A DNA stretch of 64,000 bases, taken from Candidatus Calditenuaceae archaeon HR02 (GTDB taxonomy: Archaea; Thermoproteota; Nitrososphaeria_A; Caldarchaeales; Calditenuaceae). The notes below the pieces were generated by a model that saw nothing but the letters and a program-made list of their open reading frames with translations, searched no databases and was not told where the DNA came from. Below, piece after piece: positions 47,527-55,984 of this stretch (its first letter is position 1; every line of letters begins with the position of its first letter). The stretch covers positions 32,001 through 96,000 of the forward strand of contig BEHE01000003.1 in NCBI GenBank assembly GCA_002898395.1, written 5' to 3'. Both the position numbers and the translations under genes were made by a program.

Positions 47527-49062
47527 ATGAGCTGGAGAAGTTTCTTGGAGGGGATATATGTTCTTCCAAGTCGTGTACTCTTCTTCGATACTACGCTGAG
47601 GGATGGTGAGCAGACCCCTGGGGTCGCGCTACGCGTAGAGGAGAAGATGATGATCGCTGAGGCGCTGTCTGATTTGGGGGTTGATGTGATAGAGGCGGGG
47701 TTCGCCGTTGTCTCGAAGGGGGAGTATGAGTCTGTCAAAAGGATATGTAGCTTGGGGCTGAGCTCCAAGATCTGCTCCCTGAGCAGGTGCGAGACGAGGG
47801 ATGTTGACGCTGCTGTTGACGCGGGTTGCGACTGGGTCCACCTATTTATCGCGACCTCCGAACTCCACATGAAGTATAAGCTGAACATGACGAGGGAGCA
47901 GGTAGTTGAGAGGGCAGTTAAGATGGTTGAATATGCGAAGAGTCGGGGTGTTGTAGTCCACTTCTCGGCGGAGGATGCGACAAGAAGCGATCCCGAATTT
48001 CTGATGGAAGTTTACCGGCGCGTAAGGGACGCGGGGGCTGACAGTTTAGATATTCCTGACACGGTCGGTGTTGCTGTTCCACACGTGATGAGGTCGCTTG
48101 CTAGTAGGGCAAAGTGTGAGACCGGCCTACCTATCGCCGTCCACTGCCACGATGATATGGGGCTAGCTACGGCTAATACCTTGGCTGGCGTTGAGGGTGG
48201 GGCAGAGATAGTGCATGTTACCGTGAATGGGATTGGCGAGAGGGCTGGAAACACGAGTCTGGAGGAGGTGGCTGTCGCCCTCAAGTTCCTCTATGGCGTC
48301 GAGACTGGGATAAGATATGAGAATATTGCGAGGGTCTCGAGGCTGGTTGCCCGGCTGACTGGAATCCCGATCCCTAAAAACAAAGCCGTCGTCGGGGAAC
48401 ACGCCTTCTCCCACGAGAGTGGAATCCATGTACATGGGGTGATCAATAATCCTGCCACATATGAGCCCATTATGCCTGAGCAGGTGGGGATGAGTAGGCG
48501 GATTATCATTGGCAAGCACTCGGGAGCACACTCGGTCAACACGATTCTGAGGCAGTATGGATTCGTCTTAGAGACTGATGAGGTCAGGGCTGTTCTGGAG
48601 AGGGTTAAGAATGTTGCCGACTCAGGGCATAAAATAAGTGATCAAGAGTTGCTACAGATCGTTAACGAGGTTATAGGTTTAAAGGCCGCTAGGCCGGTGA
48701 CTTTAAGGGGTTTCCAACAGATTACGACAGAGCATGGCGATAGGTGTGTAGCTGAGTTTGAAGTTAACGGGGAGACGCTTCTCGTTGAGGGTGTTGGTGA
48801 TACGCCGCTTAAGTCGGCGATAGATGCCTCGATGAGGGCGTTTACCAACATTTTAGGAGATATTAAGATTGTCGACTACTCTGTATTTGCATCACCATAC
48901 GAGGATAGACACCCCTACGAAGCCGAGGTAATTATAAGGGTTAATGGAAACACCATCGTCGGGAGGGGGATAGGCAAGACGAGTGGCCACACAATACTAA
49001 ACGCCGTATCTAACGCCGTTAATCAGTATCTGCTAACCCAGTCACGGGGGGTTGGGAGATGA
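47527..49062 (+). CDS. leuA: 2-isopropylmalate synthase (LeuA/CimA family)
   Basis: DTTLRDGEQTPG, EDATR, HCHDDMG, GERAGN and HESGIH; C-terminal regulatory domain. Confidence 0.88.
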   Translation: MSWRSFLEGIYVLPSRVLFFDTTLRDGEQTPGVALRVEEKMMIAEALSDLGVDVIEAGFAVVSKGEYESVKRICSLGLSSKICSLSRCETRDVDAAVDAGCDWVHLFIATSELHMKYKLNMTREQVVERAVKMVEYAKSRGVVVHFSAEDATRSDPEFLMEVYRRVRDAGADSLDIPDTVGVAVPHVMRSLASRAKCETGLPIAVHCHDDMGLATANTLAGVEGGAEIVHVTVNGIGERAGNTSLEEVAVALKFLYGVETGIRYENIARVSRLVARLTGIPIPKNKAVVGEHAFSHESGIHVHGVINNPATYEPIMPEQVGMSRRIIIGKHSGAHSVNTILRQYGFVLETDEVRAVLERVKNVADSGHKISDQELLQIVNEVIGLKAARPVTLRGFQQITTEHGDRCVAEFEVNGETLLVEGVGDTPLKSAIDASMRAFTNILGDIKIVDYSVFASPYEDRHPYEAEVIIRVNGNTIVGRGIGKTSGHTILNAVSNAVNQYLLTQSRGVGR

Positions 49063-50792
49063 AGGCGAGCGACGCCCTAGTCAAGAAGATGGAAGAGCTG
49101 GGTGTTGAGATAGTCTTCGGTATTCCAGGGGGCGCTAACCTACCACTATACGACTCTCTACATGACTCTGAAATCAGGAGTGTGCTTGTGAAGCATGAGC
49201 AGCAAGCCGCCCATGCCGCTGAGGGGTATGCCCGGGTCAAAAAAAGGCCGGGGATAGCCCTGGCCACTTCTGGCCCAGGGGCTACAAACTTGATAACAGG
49301 AATCGTAAACGCCTCGATGGATAGTGCGCCCCTAGTAGCCATCACAGGCCAAGTGGTAAGATCCTTCATGGGTACGGACGCCTTCCAGGAGGCAGACATA
49401 GTTGGCATGATACTCCCCCACGTAAAGTACGCCTCCGTTGTTTTCGAGTCGTCAAAGCTAGTGAAAGAATTTGTAAATGCTTATCGGTGCGCCATAAGTG
49501 GGCGACCTGGGCCAACTCTGATAGATATTCCCAGGGATGTTCAACAAGAGGATGTAGGGGATTACGAGCAGCTTGACGACGATGTCGAGGAGAGATTCAT
49601 CAAACCCGCCCCACAGCCCGATGATGGCCAGTTTAGGAGGGCTGCTGAGCTGCTGGCTGATGCCCAGCGCGTTTGCATACTACTAGGTGGTGGAGCGTAC
49701 TTTAGTGATGCGACAAGGGAGGCTCTAAGACTTTCTGAGCTTCTCAACGCCGCTGTGATCGCCACTACACCAGGGAAAACCGCCCTCGTCGAAGACCATC
49801 CAAATGTCCTCGGGGTGGTTGGAATGCATGGCCGCTTCGAATCAAATCTGGCCGTGATCGAGGCCGACGTCATATTATGTGTTGGTACTAGGCTCTCCGA
49901 CAGGGCTATCGGCCCGCCCACAGAGTTCAGGAAGGGCAGAAAAATCATCCACATCGACATAGACGGCAGCGAGATTGGAAAGAATGTTGTCCCAGACGTA
50001 GGAATTGTCTGCGACGCCAAAGTAGCCCTCATGAAAATACTGGAAAACCTCTCAGCGCTGGATATCAAGCCTAAGGATCCGGGATGGGTCTTGGGCCTTA
50101 AGGAGATTGGGCGCAGTTTTGACGACTACATGTTTAACCAAGCTGATGGTAGTAGGCTATCGTCTTGGAAGGTTGTCAAGACTATTAGAGATGAGCTGCC
50201 GAAGAATGCTATAGTGACTACGGGGGTGGGGCAGCATCAGATGTGGTCTCAACTCTTCTTCAAGGTTTTAGAGCCCGGAACCTTCATCACGAGCGCGGGC
50301 CTGGGTACAATGGGCTTCGGTCTTCCAGCAGCTATGGGCGCTAAGGCTGCCGCCCCAGATAAAATCGTGCTCAACATGGATGGGGACGGTAGCTTCTTAA
50401 TGACTTGTCAGACCCTCGGTACCATCGTTGAATACGACCTCCCAGTAATCACGGTGATCTTTGACAACCGCTCGCTAGGCATGGTGAGGCAGTGGCAAGA
50501 CCTATTCTACAAGAAGAGGTTCAAGGATGTTGACATCGAAGATAGAACAAACTTGGTCAAGCTCTCTGAGGCCTTCGGGGTTGAAGGGATATTTGTTGAG
50601 AGCTATGAAGAGTTGAGGACCGCCCTTAGGAGGGCTATCAGAAATAATGAGGCTCTCGTCATAGACGTGCCTATAGACAAGGACGAGAAAGTGTTCCCAA
50701 TGGTGCCGCCTGGAAAGTGGCTTGCGGATGTCATTCTCCCACCGGGGTTCAGCTCATATGTCGAGGAGAAGACTACTAGTCCGGCTAAGTAA
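49059..50792 (+). CDS. ilvB: Acetolactate synthase large subunit
   Basis: FGIPGGA, KHEQ, TSGPGATN, GVGQHQMW, GDGSF and GMVRQWQ. Confidence 0.96.
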   Translation: MKASDALVKKMEELGVEIVFGIPGGANLPLYDSLHDSEIRSVLVKHEQQAAHAAEGYARVKKRPGIALATSGPGATNLITGIVNASMDSAPLVAITGQVVRSFMGTDAFQEADIVGMILPHVKYASVVFESSKLVKEFVNAYRCAISGRPGPTLIDIPRDVQQEDVGDYEQLDDDVEERFIKPAPQPDDGQFRRAAELLADAQRVCILLGGGAYFSDATREALRLSELLNAAVIATTPGKTALVEDHPNVLGVVGMHGRFESNLAVIEADVILCVGTRLSDRAIGPPTEFRKGRKIIHIDIDGSEIGKNVVPDVGIVCDAKVALMKILENLSALDIKPKDPGWVLGLKEIGRSFDDYMFNQADGSRLSSWKVVKTIRDELPKNAIVTTGVGQHQMWSQLFFKVLEPGTFITSAGLGTMGFGLPAAMGAKAAAPDKIVLNMDGDGSFLMTCQTLGTIVEYDLPVITVIFDNRSLGMVRQWQDLFYKKRFKDVDIEDRTNLVKLSEAFGVEGIFVESYEELRTALRRAIRNNEALVIDVPIDKDEKVFPMVPPGKWLADVILPPGFSSYVEEKTTSPAK

Positions 50793-50988
50793 CTCATACG
50801 AGGCTGTCCTGAAGCTTTTACTCTTCGCGAAGCAGGGGAGGATATCGTTAAGGGAATTGCATCTAAAGTCCGATGATGACGAAATATCTGCCGAGATGGT
50901 TGTCGAGGCGCCGCCCGAGAAGGTTGACTGGTTCGTGAAAAAAGCCAGCGGCTCGCCCATAGTCATAGAGTGTAGGAGTCTCGAGTAG
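50758..50988 (+). CDS. ACT-like small protein (AHAS regulatory-subunit-like)
   Basis: About 76 aa with a beta-alpha-beta-beta-alpha-beta pattern, between ilvB and ilvC; ATG 50758. Confidence 0.6.
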   Translation: MSRRRLLVRLSNSYEAVLKLLLFAKQGRISLRELHLKSDDDEISAEMVVEAPPEKVDWFVKKASGSPIVIECRSLE

Positions 50989-50996
50989 CAAGTGGC

Positions 50997-51269
50997 ATGT
51001 CTGCGGGGCTCATAGTCAGGCTCTTGTTCAAAGGGTTAAGAAATGCGCTCACCGCAGTCCGACTTGTTAGCGAATTGGAGGGTTTAGAGGTTAGAGCTAT
51101 ATACATCGGACGGGAAAGTGTTGAAGAAATGTATGAGGTGGTATTAGAATTGTCAGCAAACTCTGTGGTGGTTAACGACTTCTTAAGAAACGTGTCGGCG
51201 AGCAGTGGCTTCATAGAGGCTTGCGTGGAGGACTTGGACGCCCGTGCCGTCTGGGAGGGGATTAGGTGA
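50997..51269 (+). CDS. Second ACT-like small protein
   Basis: 90 aa with an ACT-like pattern (IVRLLF..NALTAVRLVSELEGLEVRAIYI), inside the ilv operon. Confidence 0.6.
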   Translation: MSAGLIVRLLFKGLRNALTAVRLVSELEGLEVRAIYIGRESVEEMYEVVLELSANSVVVNDFLRNVSASSGFIEACVEDLDARAVWEGIR

Positions 51270-51275
51270 GGAATC

Positions 51276-52256
51276 TTGGCTAGGGTCTATTACGACTCTG
51301 ATGCCTCTCTCACCCCCCTCCAGGGGAAACGGGTAGCGGTGATCGGCTATGGCAGCCAGGGTAGGGCTCAAGCCCTAAACATCAGGGACTCCGGGATAGA
51401 GACTGTTATCGGCCTGAGGGGCGAGGGTAAGTCCTATGAAGCGGCGGTCAAAGACGGCTTCACACCATTACCGATAGAAGAGGCCGTCAGGATATCTGAT
51501 GTGATCTTGATGCTTATCCCCGACGTGCCCATGCCTGAGACCTATAAGATGTATATCGAAAACAGCCTGACACCTGGCAAGACGCTAGTCTTCGCCCACG
51601 GCTACAACATACATTATAAGAGAATCGTTCCACCCCCCTATGTGAACGTAGTACTCGTGGCTCCTAAGGGCCCCGGCCCACTCGTGAGGCAGAAATACCT
51701 TGAGGGGCGAGGCGTCCCCAGCCTTATAGCAGTCCACCAAAACCCAACTGGAAACGCGAAGGAGGTCGCCCTCGCGATAGCCAAGGCAATCGGCGCCACT
51801 AGGGCAGGCGTCATAGAGACGACATTCCAAGAGGAGACTGAGACAGACCTTCTCGGAGAGCAGGCTGTTCTGGTTGGCGGGGTCATGGAGCTTATCAAGA
51901 AGGGATTTGAGGTGCTGGTCGAGAATGGATACCAGCCTGAACTCGCCTATTATGAAGTCTGCAACGAGCTGAAACTGATAGTTGACCTGATATACTCGGG
52001 GGGTCTAATGCACATGCTTCGCTCCGTCTCCGACACGGCTAAGTTCGGAGGCCTGACGATCGGCCCCCAGATAATTGACGAGTCTGTGAAACAGAAGATG
52101 CAGGAGGCGTTGAGAAGGATAAAGTCGGGCGAGTTCGAGAAGCTTTGGACAGGAAACCCTGACGCATACAAGATCCTAGATAAGATGATGGAGAAGACGG
52201 AGCAGCACCCGCTTGAAGTTGTGGGAAAACGCCTCAGAGAAATGGCACTAATATAG
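51276..52256 (+). CDS. ilvC: Ketol-acid reductoisomerase
   Basis: GYGSQG, FAHG, APKGPG, ETETDLLGEQ and SDTAKFG. Confidence 0.97.
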   Translation: MARVYYDSDASLTPLQGKRVAVIGYGSQGRAQALNIRDSGIETVIGLRGEGKSYEAAVKDGFTPLPIEEAVRISDVILMLIPDVPMPETYKMYIENSLTPGKTLVFAHGYNIHYKRIVPPPYVNVVLVAPKGPGPLVRQKYLEGRGVPSLIAVHQNPTGNAKEVALAIAKAIGATRAGVIETTFQEETETDLLGEQAVLVGGVMELIKKGFEVLVENGYQPELAYYEVCNELKLIVDLIYSGGLMHMLRSVSDTAKFGGLTIGPQIIDESVKQKMQEALRRIKSGEFEKLWTGNPDAYKILDKMMEKTEQHPLEVVGKRLREMALI

Positions 52257-52393
52257 CATCAACTAAAGCCCCCTATGCTGCTGGCCTCATAACTATTTTC
52301 ACTCCTTCTCGCGGAAGCCACAACAAGAGAATGCAAAGGAGATGGCGCAAATCGGTGAGAGCAGTGCACTACATCGATTATTCCCAGATCACG

Positions 52394-52813
52394 CTAGGCC
52401 TCAAATTCCTGGAACAGCTTCTTGACAAATTCGTATGCCTCCCTAGCCATTTTAAAGGCCTCCTCCGCTTCGGCTCTACTGAAAAGAAGGTCTGCCGGGG
52501 TCATCGAAATCTCATCACCGTACATCGCCGGCTCTCGTTTCTCTGACAGCTTCCTAGAGATTAATGCTAAACTATCAACTGGAAACCATTTCGGGAATCT
52601 GTCTTTAAACTTGATCAACACCGGGCCTACATCGTGTTTCTTTGGATACTCTATTCCCAGAAGTCGTAGGGCTGCCTTCAATCCCAATTCGACAGACTCT
52701 TGCGAGCTTCGAATTGAGTAGGCTAGGCTTCCTCCCCTTAGCTCTCTTTCAGCAGTTTCTAGCCTTCTGGTTGACTGGTTGAGAAGAGATTTTGCGGCCT
52801 CGATATTTCTCAT
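52394..52813 (-). CDS. HEPN domain protein
   Basis: SQESVELGLKA, YPKKHDV and REPAMY; ATG 52813 overlaps the MNT stop (ATGA). Confidence 0.88.
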   Translation of the reverse strand: MRNIEAAKSLLNQSTRRLETAERELRGGSLAYSIRSSQESVELGLKAALRLLGIEYPKKHDVGPVLIKFKDRFPKWFPVDSLALISRKLSEKREPAMYGDEISMTPADLLFSRAEAEEAFKMAREAYEFVKKLFQEFEA

Positions 52814-53559
52814 ATCTCTATCACTTCCCCAATCTTTGCGTCTGGTTTCAGTAGCCAGGCCCACTCATCCCCTGTTAGCCATATTCTCTTTGCCCCCAGC
52901 TCTCTCATTCTAGCTCGCATTTTTTCCGCCTCTCTCTCGTATGTTCCGTCGTCGACTAAGGTTATGCCCTCCTCCACTATGTCGAGGATAATAGGCGGAT
53001 GGTTTTGGAGGCTATGGGTATTTATCGGATGAAATGATATATGGGTCGATATTCCATTGTTCTCTAACCACTCTAACTCTCGGGCAACTCTGGGGGAGTA
53101 TTCCACATCTACTAGTCTATCGATAGCTTCTCCAAGCGATTTGAATGTGTCTGAAACTATCAGGAGATCTACGTCGCTGTCTAATTTTGCGCTGCCTCTG
53201 GCTACGGAGCCGAAGAGCACGATGCTCTTTAAACCAATGTTCTCTCTCAAGGCCTCCGTGCAGAAAATTCCGACTAACCTAGAGTATCTCTGCTGTGGTA
53301 TGTTTTCGAGATTTTTTATTACTTTGCCTACGCTTAGTAGATATGTATCTGGTTCTGCAAGCCTATAGAGCCACTTTTTGGGTCTCTTTTCATGGACATA
53401 TATCGCTCCCGCCTTTCTCATTCTTAGCAGCGCCACTCTTCCCGCAGCTTCACTCCCTAACATTTCTGTGATATCGTTTGAAGTGAACGTGTTTGGTCCG
53501 AATCTTCTGTAGAGCTCTGCGTATAATGCCCCGAGCTTTCTTGAGAGCCACTCAGCCAT
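52810..53559 (-). CDS. Minimal nucleotidyltransferase (MNT) with an N-terminal wHTH-like domain
   Basis: LFGSVARG....SDVDLLIV; about 80-aa N-terminal helix-turn-helix/wing region. Confidence 0.88.
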   Translation of the reverse strand: MAEWLSRKLGALYAELYRRFGPNTFTSNDITEMLGSEAAGRVALLRMRKAGAIYVHEKRPKKWLYRLAEPDTYLLSVGKVIKNLENIPQQRYSRLVGIFCTEALRENIGLKSIVLFGSVARGSAKLDSDVDLLIVSDTFKSLGEAIDRLVDVEYSPRVARELEWLENNGISTHISFHPINTHSLQNHPPIILDIVEEGITLVDDGTYEREAEKMRARMRELGAKRIWLTGDEWAWLLKPDAKIGEVIEI

Positions 53560-53560
53560 T

Positions 53561-53579
53561 CGTTACAAAATTTGTAACG
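53561..53579. promoter_or_regulatory. Perfect 9-1-9 palindrome CGTTACAAA-A-TTTGTAACG (candidate MNT-HEPN operator)
   Basis: Lies between a minus-strand TTATATAT box (about 53583-53590) and the MNT ATG at 53559. Confidence 0.7.
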
Positions 53580-53594
53580 CTCATATATAAGAAG

Positions 53595-53801
53595 CTATTC
53601 GAGGACCTTCTCCACCCTGCCCAGAATCTTCGCCTTACCACCCGTCGGCATGGCCAATGGCTCTCCACACACGTTGCAGGCCACCTGTGTCTTCGCTGTG
53701 TCGGGGAAAATCTGCTTATTGCCGCAATGTAAGCATGTGACAAGAAGGAAGCGGCTCCTGGGCCTCGGGATTAGACGCTCAATAACCTGCTCCCGAGACA
53801 A
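53595..53801 (-). CDS. rps27e: 30S ribosomal protein S27e
   Basis: PRPRSRFL.VTC..CGNKQ..F...V.CNVCG..LA.PTGGKA. Confidence 0.96.
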   Translation of the reverse strand: MSREQVIERLIPRPRSRFLLVTCLHCGNKQIFPDTAKTQVACNVCGEPLAMPTGGKAKILGRVEKVLE

Positions 53802-53811
53802 GCCCTACTGC

Positions 53812-54090
53812 TCACCTCACCATCTCAAGTTTCCTCAGCCTTACTCCTTCCCTCATAGACTTCCTACCACACTTGGAACACGTCAAGACCAGTGTCTTCT
53901 TATCCGTCGTCTTGGCCTTATTCCTCTGGATTGGATACTTCTGGCCACCATACCCCTTCAGCTCCCGCTCATGCCTCCTCGCGCCTATTGCCATCCCCCT
54001 CTCCTTTCCCTTCTTGTAGAGGGTGACCTGGTGCTCGGTGTGCTCGTTACATTTGGGGCAATAGCTGTTAAGCCTCGGCGGAACCTTCAT
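53812..54090 (-). CDS. rpl44e: 50S ribosomal protein L44e
   Basis: YCPKCNEHTEH...KGYGGQK...KAKTTDK..L.CSKCG. Confidence 0.96.
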   Translation of the reverse strand: MKVPPRLNSYCPKCNEHTEHQVTLYKKGKERGMAIGARRHERELKGYGGQKYPIQRNKAKTTDKKTLVLTCSKCGRKSMREGVRLRKLEMVR

Positions 54091-54185
54091 GCTAAAAGAG
54101 ATGTGGAGGGGGCTGGTTTTTTAATATTATGCGGCTGGAGCAATAGGTTCTGGCCTTCTCTTGGTTAACGGATAGTTTCCCCTAT

Positions 54186-54212
54186 ACGGTACTTAACCCT
54201 TTTAAGTACCGT
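54186..54212. repeat. Perfect 11-bp inverted repeat ACGGTACTTAA-ccctt-TTAAGTACCGT
   Basis: Directly visible between the divergent rpl44e and DUF763 genes. Confidence 0.8.
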
Positions 54213-54240
54213 GAGGCTCTAGGCATGTAGTGGCGGCTGG

Positions 54241-55344
54241 TTGAGGAGGGTTGGGAGGACGGAGCTGCTGCTGGTTGAGGGCGGTGTCCCCCATTACAGG
54301 GAGATGGTAGTGCTGGGGAGGGAGATCTCCCGGCTCATTGTGGATGAGTATGGGGCTGATTTCCTTGTAGAGCGGCTTGCAGACCCTTTTTGGCTCAGCT
54401 GCCTCTCTTGCGTCCTCGGCTTCGAGTGGAATACGTCTGGTCAGACTACCGTCACACTTAGGGCGCTCAAAGACGCCCTTAAAGGCTGTGACTTAGGAAT
54501 CGTCTTGGTTGGTGGTAAAGGAGAAGCGATGAGAGAGACTTCCCACGAGCTAAAGGAATCCCTCAAGCGAATTGGGAGAGAAGACCTAGCGCCCCAGCTG
54601 TTGAAGGCATCGACGTTGAGCTGCAAGATCGACAACAATGCCGTCCAAGACTCCTACAATATCTATTTCCACTCTGTAGCGGTCACGGGCTCCGGCTCCT
54701 CAGCAATGATTAACCAAGGTATGAACATTGAAGCACAGACGGCAAGGAGGTACCAGTGGCTAGGATCAAGTGTTAGTGTCGAAGAACCCCACACCGCTAT
54801 CTCCTCTGAAGCTGTGGAAGAAGTTGTCTTAGACTTAACAAGTAGGCAGTCAAGGGAGTGTAGGTATTGTATCCTTGACGTTTTGAGGGACTCCCCGATC
54901 AGGACGATACAGTCAGACCTCGCGAGGGTGAGGAATATCCTTGCCGGGCAGACTACACTCGATGAGCGGCCGTTTAGCGAGGCTCGACCCATAAACCCCC
55001 ACCTAAGGCCTCCTAAAAAGCTGGATGACGAGATCCTGCGTAAGGCTAAAGAGAATGCTGAGAGCTTCGAATCTCTCCTACTCTGCGAAGGGGTAGGCCC
55101 AGCGACGCTCCGGGGATTAGCCTACATCTCAGAGCTGGTTTATGGTGCTAGAGTGTCTTGGAAAGACCCTGCGAGATATGCCTATGCCTTCGGAACCAAG
55201 TCAGGCAGCCCATATCCTGTTGATAGACGCGCAATGGTCAAGGCTGCAGAGACCATAAGACAGGCCCTGGAATCCTCAGATTCAAACGCTTCGAGGGTTA
55301 TGTTGAGGCGGCTAGGCTCACTGCTGACCAGTATAGAGGTGTAG
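54241..55344 (+). CDS. DUF763 family protein
   Basis: RLADPFW...LGFEWNTSGQTT, KIDNNAVQD, GVGPATLR and DPARYAYAFG.K. Confidence 0.88.
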   Translation: MRRVGRTELLLVEGGVPHYREMVVLGREISRLIVDEYGADFLVERLADPFWLSCLSCVLGFEWNTSGQTTVTLRALKDALKGCDLGIVLVGGKGEAMRETSHELKESLKRIGREDLAPQLLKASTLSCKIDNNAVQDSYNIYFHSVAVTGSGSSAMINQGMNIEAQTARRYQWLGSSVSVEEPHTAISSEAVEEVVLDLTSRQSRECRYCILDVLRDSPIRTIQSDLARVRNILAGQTTLDERPFSEARPINPHLRPPKKLDDEILRKAKENAESFESLLLCEGVGPATLRGLAYISELVYGARVSWKDPARYAYAFGTKSGSPYPVDRRAMVKAAETIRQALESSDSNASRVMLRRLGSLLTSIEV

Positions 55345-55350
55345 TTTGGG

Positions 55351-55932
55351 TTGTCAGGGAAGACAGTGTATGACGAGGTTGTCGAGATTTGGGATCTTGA
55401 GAGGACTTCGAAGAGTCTAGTTAAGGTCTCTGACGAATGGGTGAAGAGGCTTAAAGAGTATGCAGAGGGGCTGCGGGTCCGGCTGAGACTTGCGGTAGAC
55501 CGTGATAGCATACATTCAAGGCTCTGCGAGAGGGAGTTGGAAGTGCTCTCAACTCTTATCGCAGATATCTTTAATGCAAGGTTGGAGAAGATCGTGAGGG
55601 CCGCCATAAGAGGCGAGGCTATTGAAAACCTACTCCCAGCCGAGAGTAGGCTCTACGAAAGCCTCACCAAATCCCTAGCAGTCTACAAGGAGTATATCGA
55701 ATATTGTTCTGAGACGCTTGACCTCACCAGGGAGCTTGCAGAGTCTGTCGACAAGGTTGTAGTAGGGTTTTTGAAGGATGCACCGGCCATAGTTGACGCA
55801 GATGGCGTCACTAGGGGCCCATTCCGCGAGGGCTCCATCGCATCGTTGGATCACCGGACCGCAGACTTGCTAGAAAAGGGTGGCTACGTCAGACGTCTCC
55901 CACTCATTAGAGGCGCGTCTCCCGAGGGATAG
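55351..55932 (+). CDS. GINS complex subunit (Gins51/Gins15-like)
   Basis: Helical A domain (ER..LVKV, RLEKIV, NLLPAE); C-terminal B domain FLKDAPAIVDADG..RGPF..G. Confidence 0.75.
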   Translation: MSGKTVYDEVVEIWDLERTSKSLVKVSDEWVKRLKEYAEGLRVRLRLAVDRDSIHSRLCERELEVLSTLIADIFNARLEKIVRAAIRGEAIENLLPAESRLYESLTKSLAVYKEYIEYCSETLDLTRELAESVDKVVVGFLKDAPAIVDADGVTRGPFREGSIASLDHRTADLLEKGGYVRRLPLIRGASPEG

Positions 55933-55984
55933 GTAGAATCACGTATTTGTATTAGGTTTGGTTAGGAATTCCTAGGACCCTGAA

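Noticed and set aside
47301-47888. 195-aa minus-strand ORF
   Set aside because: Shadow of leuA and its leader; Ser-rich antisense composition.
55963-55974. TAGGAATTCCTA palindrome before trpS
   Set aside because: A 12-bp palindrome is expected by chance several times in 64 kb, and nothing else supports it.
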